Positions 26,239 to 39,943 of a stretch of DNA of 64,000 bases are shown here, one piece after another (the stretch's first letter is position 1; each line of letters starts with the position of its first letter). Position numbers and translations under genes: made by a program. Below the pieces are notes generated by a model. It was not told the DNA's origin. It was given only the letters and a program-made list of their open reading frames with translations, and did no database searches. The DNA is from Octopus vulgaris (Eukaryota). The stretch lies in the NCBI GenBank assembly GCA_951406725.2, contig OX597820.1:86304001-86368000 (forward strand), in the 5' to 3' direction.

Positions 26239-26462
26239 TGCGTGTGTGTGTGTGCGTGTGTGTGTGTTTGTCCCCCCACCACCATCACTTGACAACCGAT
26301 GTCGGCGTGTTTACGTCACCGTAACTTAGTGGTTCAGCAAAACTGACCAATAGAATAAGTTCTAGGTTTACAAAGAATAAGTTTTGGGGTGGATTTGTCC
26401 GACTAATGGCGGTTGTCCAGCATGGCCGCAGTCAAATGGCTGAACCAAATAAAAAAATAAAA
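26027..26462 (+). mobile_element. SINE family A, full-length
   Basis: gtggctgtgtggtaagtaacttgc head to ccagcatggccgcagtcaaatg tail. Confidence 0.92.
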
Positions 26463-26569
26463 CAATAACAAAAATCAAAAAATGCCTGATCATCGCTAAA
26501 TCATAAAGGTCCCGCCACTATGAATATTATTTTTAACACAACACAACACCAATGGGAAAAGGAGAAATA

Positions 26570-27900
26570 GTCTGGAAAGAAATATGAGAAGTGAAGAATC
26601 TTCCACGAGATTGTTCAAAACTACAAACACATCTGAACAATTGTTGGAAGTCACATCAACTACAGATATTGCCCAGATAATTTCCAGTTCTACAAGCTAA
26701 GGTGTGGAAGTGCTACTGAGAAAGTACACAAATAAGGGAGCTAGAACTTATAATTACCGGTTCATAACGGTCTTATATACCTTTTGCCGAGGTGCTAATG
26801 AAGTTCTTTGCGCTTATAATTGTTAACGTGGTAGAGTAAGTTCAAGTCTGTGTGTCCCTTAAAAACTCAATCCAACTTTAGGCAGATCTAAATTTATCAG
26901 TATCCCACCATGGTCAGTTATAGATCCGATCTTCACTACGTTCCATTACATGATGTGAAGGTGGTCAGATCCAGCCGGAATTGCACGATTGTTAAAGAGT
27001 CTCATAACTGCAAGCATGACAATTGCCAACTTCTTTATAAGCACTTTGGTTTACATCTTTACTTTTATGTCTAGCAGATTTATGGTCTTTATATTATCAA
27101 CTGCATTCTTCTTTTTCAGCACCACTCCTACTAGTCTAGTCTTAAAGCTGGATAGATTTAAAATGAGTTGGCAAATGCGAACACGATTCAATTACTTACA
27201 ATTTTATGAGCCGAGATGCCTTCCACTGTGTCGGCCATGACAATAGTGAACAAATCTGATACACTACACTAAGTGTCCATAGAATATACAATCCAATCCT
27301 AGCAATTTATCCCTAATATATTTGTACTCAGTGTTGGCTATTTCAGAGGCTGATATCGGAATTTTGTCTCTTTACAGTGTGAATTGTGACAGAATGTTGA
27401 AATAACCATCGAAACCCAGTCTCCATTCCACCGGTTTTCAAGAACAGTTTCGGTAAATTTCTGCTTAAAAGCCGAACATAAAATTATCCGATATTACGCA
27501 CCACTCGCTGTCCGGAAAGACGGTATCGTTCCCCATTATCTCGAGTACTATTCTCATTATTATCATTACAGATGCGTAGTCCTCTTTTGAATTAGTTATT
27601 AACTAACTCCTTCTCCTCTCCTGTCTTTTCTGGTGTTATATTCTTAACATATTTTATCCTTGCTACTTCATTCATACTATACCTTATCGATTATACGCTA
27701 GTTTTATTTTTCAAGCCCACTCACTATCCGTTGCTTAGAATTGCATACATCTGTTTATTCCCACTGAACTTGCTCGTTAATGCATTCTCTGCAAGTTTTC
27801 TTCATCGCAAATAGGCATTCAATTTCCAGTCACTGGATTTATTTCTAAAAGTAATATCTAAGCTGACCGCAGATATTACCAACTTCTGACCTTTGTAGCC
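26570..27900 (-). mobile_element. Possible very old CR1/L2-group LINE remnant
   Basis: Weak endonuclease-like pieces (LDI..., LGNCHA resembling LG.SDH); boundaries uncertain. Confidence 0.3.
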
Positions 27901-29182
27901 GAACACTCAAAATTATATACAACTTTCACTATTCACATTAAGTTTCCTAACAAATACCCCATCTTAATATTTAGCCATCTAACATTTGTTCAAGTTTACG
28001 TTGGTACATCCAGTTGATACAGCAATGTGAAAGTGGTGTAATAGGTATTTAAAAGTTTTAAACACACATTTTGTTGTTTTCAATCTTTATTTTTTAATTT
28101 TATTTTGAGCTAATAGATGTGGAAATATCTTATCACAGATGTGGAAATATCTTATCAAATTTAACCCTGTACCTGTCATGTGTATCACGTGATATTGAGG
28201 ACATATTTCCCTGACGTTCATACATCATATATGATACACATCACTAATGTTTTTCAATGACCAAAGTAATTGGGCCTTATAAAAAGAAAGCTTTATATAA
28301 CTTAGAACATATGAAACAAGGGATAATTAAAAAGAAAACAAGCACAGACGTTTAGGACAAACTTACTAAATGTTTTGGACAGACAAAAGTTCTTTAAGCA
28401 ACTGTCTTATCTCTCTTCTCTCTGCACCACGATGAGGTATTTTGGGACTTTTTGGAGTGGAGGGAATATCATCATGAAGAAGTCTCTGCAGACCACAGCC
28501 AACTGCATGTCGTTTTTAATTCTGTTAACTTCGGCTGTCACATTATAATTGAGATGTGCCGCAGAATTGACAGTGGGTTTATGAACGAAGTCATTGTTTA
28601 TATATGACCACCACATAAATTGTAACACAAGCCTTGTGCAGGTATTGGTGCATCAACACAGTCCACCACTATGCTTTCTCCTCGATTCTGAATAATAGCT
28701 ACACACTTTCATACAACCTTAATCTAATCAATAGGAAAACACATATACCCATAAATCAACCAATAATTTTAAGGAACTTTTGGTGAGAAAGAGATATGTC
28801 AATTTTCCCTTTGCGTATGCCTAAGCAGATGTAAGAGGCTCTTGCACCACCAGAGATAATACTCTTCTCTCTGCATTCACGATGTGATAGAGCTTTGGGG
28901 TTTTACGATATTTATTCTCGTTGACTTTCTGTTTTCAAATCTCACTGAGGTCAGATTTGCTTTTCATTACTCCCAACGTGTATAAAACAGTACCAATCAA
29001 ACACTATGATCGATGTTATCAATACACCTTTCCTTCAAATTTGCTGGCCTTTTACCTAAATAGGAAACAATAATATTTCTTTTCTTTGCCAAATAGCTAT
29101 TTTAATGTAAGTTCTTTGTTACAAAATTTTCGAAAACAACTTCGAAATTCTTTGGTCATGGAGTACACCAGAAGAAAAAATA

Positions 29183-29389
29183 TTCTTTTCCACTCAAGGC
29201 ACAAGGCCCGAAATTTTTGGGGAGGGGTCCAGTCGATGAGATGGACAACAATACCCAACTGGTACTTAATTTATTGACTCGAAAGGCAAAGTCGACCTCG
29301 GTGGAATTTGAACTCAAAACGTAACGGCAGACGAAATACCGCTAAGTACTTCGGCCGGCGTGCTAACGTTTCTGCCAGCTGGCCGCCTT
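29183..29389 (-). mobile_element. SINE family B, monomer
   Basis: Head aaggcggccagctggcagaaacgttagcacgccg and B box gagttcaaattcc on the minus strand. Confidence 0.9.
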
Positions 29390-29619
29390 CAGAAGAAGAA
29401 ATATTGTTGCACGAGTGAACGAATATATGCAGAATGTACTGTAAAAATGTCCTAAAAACAGCCTTGTTTTTCCAACTAAATAAATCGTAATGGACACTCA
29501 AAATCTCCGAAAGCTAACAGTCTAAGAAAAGCAAATCATTTATTACAAACGCGGTAATCCGAAACTTCCATGGAGACACCTCGAAGACGACGGCTCTCAC
29601 CAAAACGCAATAAATTATT

Positions 29620-29622
29620 ACT

Positions 29623-29675
<53 letters not shown>

Positions 29676-30044
29676 TACAACGACAACAACAACAACAACA
29701 ACAACAGCAGCTCAATACTTTAGCAAACAATATTAAAAGCAATAAGAGAGGTAATAAACGTCACTTTAAAGTTATTTATGGAAAATCTTTATCAGAAATA
29801 CAAGTTGTTGGTGTCGTAGAAAAACAAACAAATAATATTGACCATAATTTTTGCCCTAATGATGGAATTAGCGAGTATTAAAAGATTAAAGAATGCAAGT
29901 CATTGTTGACGTCGGAGAGTGTAGTATTGGGTAGTAGGTGGTAGTTTGTGGTGGTGGTGGTGTAGGGTGTGATAGTAGCAGCATGTGATGATAGTGTTGG
30001 TGGTGGTTTAAGTAGTAGGAGGTGGTTATGGGTGGTGGTGGTGA

Positions 30045-30076
<32 letters not shown>

Positions 30077-30360
30077 ATGTTAAAAGCAAATAGTAGTGTA
30101 GTTAGTAGTTGGTGCTTAACGTTGGTGGAGGTGGTGCTGGCATTTTAGTTGTTTTGGCGGTAGAGGTAGTGCTGATAAATGTGGGGTTGTGGCGGTGGAG
30201 GTAGCACAAATAGGAGATTAGTGATGATGTTTATAATGGTATAGGTGATAGTGTTCGTGGTTGCAATATTATTACATTGTTAGCAGAGGAGGTGGTAGTG
30301 GTAGTACTAATAGATGATTAGTGTTCGTGGTTGTATATGGTAGAAGTAGTGTTATTACAT
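29620..30360. repeat. (TAG)n/(CAA)n/(GGT)n low-complexity region
   Basis: Direct reading. Confidence 0.85.
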
Positions 30361-30540
30361 GTCGTTTGTTGTTGTTGTTGTTGCTGTTTAGCCCCAGGTC
30401 AAGAGCAGGCCCATTAATATGACATTTCAGCCGTCACCCACGTCCTTTTAGCATTGTGCTTACGGCTAAATTACCTACTTTATCTCATTTTTAAGACGGC
30501 AAGGTGCAAGCTGGGGGAGATAGAGCTGCTATGATTATTA
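30361..30540 (-). repeat. Old dispersed repeat (family D) with (CAA)n tail
   Basis: Shared blocks (ttttaagacgg/atgg, gatttgagggagatttg) also at about 6445-6620, 15170-15340, 31315-31490, and in opposite orientation at 37360-37535. Confidence 0.55.
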
Positions 30541-30563
30541 GGTGGTAACATTGGTGGATTACT

Positions 30564-30967
30564 GTTCTTTTCTACTCTAGGTACAAGGCCCGAAATGTTG
30601 GGGGAGGGCAGGGCAGTTGATTAGTTCGACCCCAGTACGCAACTGGTACCTTATTTATCGATTCCGAAAGGATGAAAGGCAAACTCGACATCGGCGGAAT
30701 TTGAACTCGGAACGTAAAGACAGACGAAATACCTATTTCTTTACTACCCACAAGGGGCTAAACACAGAGAGGACAAAGAAGGACAGATAAACGGATTAAG
30801 TCGATTATATCGACCCCAGTGCGTAACTGGTACTTATTTAATCGACCCCGAAAGGATGAAAGGCAAAGTCGACCTCGGCAGAATTTGAACACAGAACGTA
30901 ACGGCAGACGAAATACGGCTACGCATTTCGCCCGGCGTGCTAACGTTTCTGCCAGCCCGCCGCCTTA
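30564..30967 (-). mobile_element. SINE family B, dimeric copy
   Basis: Two gaaaggatgaaaggcaaa.tcgac cores; head aaggcggcgggctggcagaaacgttagc. Confidence 0.92.
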
Positions 30968-31023
30968 TTGGTGGAGTAATGTTTGTGATAGTGGTTGAGA
31001 AAGCATTATCAGTGGCATTCATA

Positions 31024-31212
31024 AGGCGGTGAGATGGCAGAATCGTTATCACGCCGGGTAAAATGTTTAGCGGCATTTCGTCCGTCCTTGTGTTCCGCGT
31101 TCAAATTTCGCCAAGGTCGACTCTGCAATTTCATCCTTTCGCAGTCGATAAAATAAGTACCGGCTGAGGGTTGGGGTCGACTACACCGACTTACTCAGTA
31201 TTTGAAACCAAC
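31024..31212 (+). mobile_element. SINE family B, monomer
   Basis: aggcggtgagatggcagaatcgttatcacgccggg...gttcaaatttcgccaaggtcgac. Confidence 0.85.
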
Positions 31213-31539
31213 ATTAGCGGCATCCTTGCTGCGTAACCCCAAGTCTGATCTCATCCTCGGCAGATCAATTTCACACCGTTCTTGTTTAGCTTCAAGTTAA
31301 CACTGCTCAATATTGTTGGAGCAGACCAATATGATCCGAGGTATTCGCACCGTGACCATCCTACCAGTTTTCTACGTTCAGGAAATTCAGAACCACATTA
31401 TCCAAGATGACCATTTTAAGACGACTGAGAGTGATTTGAGGGAGATTTGACTACTTTTTCTATAAAATCGAGTAAGCATGTAGAGACAATCCGTGTTGTG
31501 AATTTGTGGGCAGTTTTAGTGATGGCCACGTGTGTGGAG

Positions 31540-32360
<821 letters not shown>

Positions 32361-32652
32361 TATAGCTCATGGTGGAAAGACTGACTTCACACAGAGCAAT
32401 CTCTTTATGCTCAATCTCGTTGGTCAGCTATTATAACCGTAATGTCCCGGAAGGGGAAAGAGAGCCAAATTAATCGGCCTCTAGCCTAATGGTCTATTTA
32501 CTATTGAAATGTCATCTTTATTCACAAATATTCAACCATTCTTATCGCATTATTCATACCATTACACTGGCGAAATTATTGTTGTGGTTGGTGTTGTGTG
32601 GTTAGTGTTTGACGTTGTTGTTGTTTTTCTTGTAGTTGTTGCTTTTTGTTGC

Positions 32653-32695
<43 letters not shown>

Positions 32696-32839
32696 GGTGT
32701 TGTTTAGTGTATGTAGTATGTTTCCTTCCACTCTCTCTCTAATGTATTCATTACACAAACTTGCCTTTTCTTCTACGCCCTCGTCATTTCACTTTCTTCA
32801 CCAAACACACACCTACATCCACATATCTACATACATTCA

Positions 32840-33440
<601 letters not shown>

Positions 33441-33849
33441 CCAATACGCACTCCATTTCTCGTTCCTCGTTTACTATTTTCTTCCTTATTTTCACTTATT
33501 TCATTCTTTACTGACATCGTTTTATTGGCCACGTCGAGGTGTCCATGATCCAGTGAAGCAGACGATATTATAGCATATTTCTTCTAATAAATGGCCGACA
33601 TTGCCAAAATCATTTCTCTCATTCTTGTTGGTGAAAATTATATTATATTTTTGTATATAGATTTTTTATTGTTTCCAACTTTTGGCTTTAGATGTGTAGA
33701 AGTGTTTTTTGTGGGGAGCATAGGTGTGTGAGAGTCTATGCGCCTGAGTACGTGAGGTTATTTCTGTCTGAGCATCTATCTTTCTGCCTGTATATATGGC
33801 GAACTTGTTTCGAAATTTCCCCCAGTGGAAACTAAGACTATGATTTAAG

Positions 33850-34060
33850 TCTTGTTTGAAGTCCTCGTTGAAGTGTTATGAAATATAGAAGTTCTGTTGT
33901 GTCTGGGGAGAGTCATTTTTTTTTGTGCCTTATAATGTAACACACTCGCCGGTAAAATTTCCACTTTTTTCTTATTTTTATTTTCCTAAAAATTTCGTTG
34001 CGTCTTGCAACCTTTTCAATAGTCTTGACTCTTGAAAAGGTTTCAAGACGCAACGAAATT
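33850..34060 (-). mobile_element. Probably Penelope-derived element ending in a 70-bp palindrome
   Basis: Arms 33991-34024 / 34027-34060 with 2 mismatches; each arm carries a hammerhead-like core. Left boundary approximate. Confidence 0.55.
33985..34024 (-). ncRNA. Minimal hammerhead-like motif, U3-A8 core variant
   Basis: gaCTA TTGAAAA G GTTGC aagac GCAAC GAA ATTT T TAGg: 5-bp stem II, 3-bp stem I, weak stem III. Confidence 0.48.
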
Positions 34061-34062
34061 GC

Positions 34063-34430
34063 AATCATCCAGTCGGGTTGATTGCCCGCGGAAGCCTGAC
34101 TACCTCTATCCATCCCTCCCGATCTTCCATTAGTGTTTTTTAGGTCTTCAATTTGGCATTTAACATATTCTGCAAGCTGTGGTATATACGTCTTCCGTGA
34201 TCTTCCGGCCGCTGTGGCACCATGATTTGGTGTCCACATCAACATATTGCTCACTAGTTCATCGTTGCTGCAAACCTCAATCTCCGTTCTTGGATAGCGG
34301 ATGAGAAAGTTGGTATATTCCCATATAACCGTCGTTTTGTTGGGTGCTCCCTCCAAGAGACTTTGAGTTCTGCACGTAATGTTCTAGTGTAGGCACCGCC
34401 CAACATGCACCTGAGTCTCTTGGTGAGAGT
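34063..34430 (-). mobile_element. RTE-group LINE 3' fragment
   Basis: ELVSNMLMWTPNHG...GRSRKTYIPQL...EDL is a typical RTE/RTEX C-terminus. Confidence 0.85.
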
Positions 34431-34479
34431 CTAAGTCGGTGATCAATATACAAGCACATTCTTCTCAAATTGTGCGACT

Positions 34480-34745
34480 GACTATCGAGATAAAAGTCTG
34501 AGCAGAAATATGTTTTCTTCCTTTTCTCAAGAAAGGGGATCTGGATCTCGCAATAAACTACAGAGGAATTTCATTAACAACAGTTGCAGCGAAGGTTTAC
34601 AATGCATTGCAACTCAATCGAATCCAACCACAAAGTGAAAGAGTTCTTAGGTAAAATCAAAATGGATTCAGGAATAGCCGCTCTAAATCTTGTCAAATTC
34701 TCACAGTTAGGAGTATATTGGAAGGAGTACGAGACCATAACTAAA
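34480..34745 (+). mobile_element. RTE-group RT N-terminal fragment, inverted relative to its neighbour
   Basis: KKGDLDLAINYRGISLTTVAAKVYNALQLNRIQP...NQNGFRNSRS..QILTVRSILEGV. Confidence 0.85.
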
Positions 34746-34749
34746 GCGT

Positions 34750-34930
34750 GAAAACTACTCATAAAATTCTGTCTTGCTAATGACAGCGTCTTTGTAAGAT
34801 GTTTGAAGCATGACAACCGTTTCGACCGCCATCTTTCTCCAGCAGAAAACAATTTCTCGGAAATTCTGTTTTCTATACCCTATTCCTATTTCAGCCATCG
34901 CAAAAGTCGACGAATAAGGAGAAGCACTGC
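34750..34930 (-). mobile_element. Mariner transposase N-terminal remnant
   Basis: AVETVVMLQTSYKDAVISKTEFYE resembles the mariner HTH. Confidence 0.6.
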
Positions 34931-35874
34931 AAAACAAAGACGCCCCACGTGAGTGTGTATAGGTGTGTGTGTGCGCGCGTGCGTATGTGAGTGTGTGTGT
35001 TCTAGGATATGTTAGCCTGATTGTGAAGGGCGACATTTAAAATCCTTCATGAGAATTTCCGATACTGTTGGAACGAAGGTGGAAAGTTACGTTAGCGACC
35101 GCAAACCTGGTTTGAACGTTTGCAACGGACCGGTCCTCACTAATATCCCTCAAATGCATGGTGGTCGTGTCGTGAAACATAGTGACCAATTGTATCCACC
35201 ACCTTTCCTACTTTTTCTATCTATTTTCCGATCCTAATCTCTCTTTCTCTCTCTCTCTCTCTTTTTTCTTTCTCCCCTTCTCTCCCCATTCACTACCACA
35301 ATCTCTTACGCTGAGTTTTAAATTAATATCGTCATGATTACTTTATCAAATTGAAGAGACAAAGTCTTCGGCAATATATTAAGCGCTTATTAACCAACAA
35401 TTGTTTCTGTAATAAATGTATACATTTTGTTATATTTTAGAGTTGTTTGATTTATAAGTATTTTCTTTTAATATTAAAGTAGCGTCGGCTGACGTTATTG
35501 AATTAATGAGGCAGTCGAATATTACATCCTTCGACGTTTATTCAATAAACATAATAAGGTTGTGTACGCGCGGAAGCGTATATGTATAAATGTGTATGTG
35601 CGAGGTGTTCGTACGCTTGCATCTTGCCCGGTCAGTATGATGAATATAGAACTATTTGCATGTTAAGCGTGCTGTGACGTGCCGAGATGAGGTCGAGCAT
35701 GACACCAAAGGAAACAATACGAGATTCTGAAATTTCTCTCTGCTAGAAGGGATGGATAGACAATAACTATTTATTTATCAACAATATCACAAGTATTTGC
35801 TTATTCACACACACACACACAAACACACACACATATGTATATGTAGTTATGTGTAAAGAATGTCTGCGTGAACG

Positions 35875-35939
<65 letters not shown>

Positions 35940-35940
<1 letters not shown>

Positions 35941-36200
35941 CTTAATATTAATAGATTTATTGTCAGTAGTTGACGCCTGCTTACTTCGAAAATTTTCCGA
36001 TAGCGGTTTCTCAGAACAGTGTCTCGTAAGTTTAAATTTACTTTATATGTAGTTGTAATTTCTTATGGGCCGGGTTTTTAGGTCCAAGTATTAGACTTAG
36101 AGAGGGAACATTTTTGTTTAGGATGGAATATAGCGAACAAAGGTAGTTACGGAAGTAAGCTTCTACATATTTGTCATTTAATGTTAACGTGGTAGAAAAT
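35940..36200 (-). mobile_element. Possible Penelope-like 3' end with decayed hammerhead motif
   Basis: SILNKNVPSL resembles the PLE terminal PxLN motif; downstream CTGAGAAACCGCTATCGGAAAATTTTC; abuts (TG)n. Confidence 0.3.
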
Positions 36201-36778
36201 GTTCTATTGAATTGGCTGGTTGTGTCCAGTACAACAGGCAGAAAATGGCAATTCCCAGTCAAATTGTTATATTTTATAAAGTGGCTGCTTTCTTGAACGC
36301 CAGTGAAGCTGAGGAGCCTTTAACGACATTTCGTTTGGCAAATGTATAACCAAAGGCGGCTTCCTATTTAAAATGTTTACCCAACTTCTAGAGAAAAGGA
36401 AGTAATTCCGATATATTTGCTTTGAACTAGGATCAAGCCTGAGAGTTCAGGCAGACGGGATGCCAGCATTAGACAGAATTCGTTTCGCGATCATATTGAC
36501 TTCATCATGGTGTGGAATTCTTTCTATTTGGAGGCAACGCTACAATCTGCACTTGCTTCTGCAACCAATGTGTGAATTTCAGCGAAGTTCTCTCGGACTC
36601 TCAGAAATTGGATCTAAATTTGAGGGTCGGTAAGATCGAATGAATTCAGCATGATGTCTAGAGATGACTGAAATGCATAGAAAGTGTGGCCTAGGAAGAT
36701 ATGCCATCAGAGAAATGGACGTAGGTTCTGGAGTTGAACTTCCCAATAACTTCCCTGAAGAGAAATGATGGCCTGGAG

Positions 36779-37029
36779 CTGAGGTTCTCCACCGAGGTCC
36801 AAAAAAGATTTTGTTGTTAAAATTTATCTGCAATAAATTGGTTATACTTCTATAGTACGCAACATTTTTTAAAATAATTATTTTTATACAATTCCTAATG
36901 ATATTTAGTTATAAAAATATAATAGGAATGTTTGTTTTTTTTACATTGAAGGGCTGGGTGCCTCCACCCAAGTAAAATATGAATCAAAAAGGTCCATAGA
37001 TAAAAAAAAAAGTGGTTGAGAAAAACTAG
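36779..37029. mobile_element. hAT/Charlie-like MITE, degenerate
   Basis: Ends ctgaggttctccacc / ggttgagaaaaactag resemble CAGTGGTTCTCAACC-type TIRs; AT-rich interior. Confidence 0.5.
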
Positions 37030-38631
37030 GCTAGAGATGTAAAAATACATCAATTTGAATAATGATAGATAAAGTGTTACAACAAAAAGTGAAAGAAAAC
37101 AGAAAACTCGATCAATGTTGTTTCATCGGTGCTAAAGTATTCTCTGCGACCTAAATGGGCACAGGCTTTCTTTTTGATGATTGGACTAAATGCAGATTCA
37201 GATACAACTGAGCAATATTCCTAAAAGACAGTCGGATGAAATATAAATGGGTTTGGTTGATCATTCTGAGAGCCCGAAATATAGCGATTCACTAGGTTAT
37301 GTAAATATTAACTGCAGCAATTAAATTGTTTAAATTATATCAAATAACAAGTTATATGATAATTCAGCAACAGAAACAGCAGCTAAATCTCTCCCAAATT
37401 ACATCCTACACTAGAGGGATACACTGGAAAAGAAAGTCATTAATAGCCAAACATACGTGATGGTCATGACTGGAACGTCTTTTATAATAGCTCTGGTCTA
37501 TCAGAGATGATATCCGGTTAAGAAAAACCAACAATGTCTTTTGAATATTGTCACATTGTTATTTCCTGATAGTGTCTTGTACAACTATGTCAAGTCTCCA
37601 CCAGATAATTACATCCTTTCGATCTCCTGTCTAACAATGTTTACTGTCCAGCAAATAATATTTTAATTCAATCTCTTGTCGACCAATGTTAACTGTTCAT
37701 TAGAGAATGTTTTCTTTTCGATTTCTATTACAAGCAAGGTAAATGTTTATCAGGCAATTTACTTCCATTATTTCATCTAACATTTCGCTGTTCATTCCTT
37801 TGCAGCTTCTGTACAATGTTAAATTCTGGAAGGCAGTGAGATTTGAAGGGTGAAACACGCATCAGATTTTGTGGGAAGGGAGAAGGGAGGAGGGAGTATG
37901 GTTGTGGTTCCTAGTATGATATTTCAGGAAAGTAGAAGCCTTTATATTTTTGTTATAAGAGTCATAGAACAGTATCAGTAAGTTTGTGGTCAGATAACTA
38001 TTGTATATTAATAAGCGATGATATAGTAATCAGTGGCTGGGACATAGTTGTGGTGTGATCACGGAAGTTAGTGTTTGTACTAGTATTTCTGTTCTAGATA
38101 ATTCATAAGTTGGTCCATGTAAAGAAGCTGATCAGAGATGAGTTATCATATGGCTCAGAAAAAAACCTAGGGTTTCGGATACAGTTTTATCGTTGTTATA
38201 GAACCTGGTCACCATATGAGATTATTAAAACGTAGAATTTGTAGTGACATTGAAGATTATGGTTGTGTGATCTTCCTTGATCTTTTAAGAGATTGTAATT
38301 TGTTAACGATTTTGTTCATTGCAGTAGAGAGGAAGAGGCGATAGGTCTTCAGGCTGTGTAAAGATTAGAACGATTGAAGCAGTGTTATGTCTCTCATTAT
38401 GTGTATCTGCTTTTAAGTGTGTGTGTGTACGTGTGTTACTAATTTATTGACAAACAAACCCCAAGTAAAACCAAATTGGCGTATTTGTGGGTAAAATTGA
38501 TCCGTCAGTACGATCTGACAGCAAAACTTTTATCTGTGATAAGAAAGACAGATGAACTCTATACGCGAGCACATTAGCTACGTTATTGTTGTTCAACACA
38601 CTACTTTAAATTACATACAGACATACATACA

Positions 38632-39300
38632 TGATGGCTGCCCCTCGTTATCGAGTATGGCCATTGCACGGGGCTTAACTGTTATTGGTGCTGTGATCGA
38701 ATGTGAATTTTATTTGCTTTTTAAGGCTACAGCCAGCCATTCAGTTAAGACTCACAGCATCATCAACAATCATGATCAATGTTGTTATCGTGCAATGACT
38801 GTGCAGGAAGATTTTTTTTTAAGTGAGGAAAGGCTGTACACTGAGTCAATCCCACTCAGTGAGCAACAGCAGCCATAATCCGAAAAGAAGAACAAGTCAA
38901 CATCATCGGTAACCACTGAGCCGCAGGTTTTATGTCGGAGTTATCCCAATTACCTGAGTTACCTTCTCCTAGAAGGGTGTCCTAACAAGGGCTAGGAGTC
39001 CTTCACTCCCAATGGTTTAACCGCGCGATCGGGTATTCAGTCCGATTATTTCTATGTTCTCACGCATGATACAGACTTAAGCCTTAAGAAGAAAAAAAAT
39101 TACACATTTATTGGATGGCCGTTGACTCCCAAGAGTTCCTCCGCCCTCTGACGGGTTTTGTTTTTCATCCCGCAGGGTGTCCAACAAACATCCTCCTCAC
39201 CAAGCAAGCTTGGTGAGGTTGCCAGTTTAGTCGCCTACGGCCCGACCATGCGACAGGTTGTACTGGGTTACATGTTACCAGTAGCACTCGAAAGTGACCT
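38632..39300 (-). mobile_element. Non-autonomous bipartite RTE-derived retroposon
   Basis: 12-bp direct repeat gacatacataca at 38620-38631 and 39301-39312; RTE 5'UTR-like CTAGGAGAAGGTAACTC; 3' end similar to the element at 50353. Confidence 0.7.
39222..39287 (-). ncRNA. Degenerate HDV-like ribozyme at the retroposon 5' end
   Basis: P1 GTGCTAC/GTCGCAT with G1-U wobble, P2 CCAGT/ACTGG, GG, P4 TCG/CGA, J4/2 CTAA; P3/L3 too short. Confidence 0.55.
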
Positions 39301-39400
39301 GACATACATACACACATGCACACATACGTACAATCATACATTACATATATAGAAATATATATACATATATATACACATATATACATATATATACTTTTAT

Positions 39401-39465
<65 letters not shown>

Positions 39466-39468
<3 letters not shown>

Positions 39469-39636
39469 GCAGGAGTGACTGTGTGGTAAGTAGCTTCCTT
39501 ACCAACCACATGGTTCTGGGTTCATTCCCACAACGTGGCACCTCGGGCAAGTGTCTTCTACTATAGCCTCGGGCCGACCAAAGCCTTGTGAGTGGATTTG
39601 GTAGACGGAAACTGAATGAAGCCCGTCGTATATATG

Positions 39637-39707
<71 letters not shown>

Positions 39708-39937
39708 GTGCGTGTATATGTTTGTGTGTCTTTGTTTGCTTCCCCCAACATTGCTTGACAACCGATGGTGGTGTATTTGCGTCCCCGTAACTTAGCGCTT
39801 CGGCAAAAGAGACCGATAGAATAAGTACTAGGCTTCCAAAGAATAAGTCCTAGAGTCGATTTGCTCGACTAAAGGCAGTGCTCCAGCATGGCCGCAGTCA
39901 ACTGACTGAAACAAGTAAAGGAGTAAAGAGTAAAGAG
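39466..39937 (+). mobile_element. SINE family A, full-length
   Basis: gtcgcaggagtgactgtgtggtaag head, internal (TA)n, (gtaaaga)n tail. Confidence 0.93.
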
Positions 39938-39943
39938 TATGTA

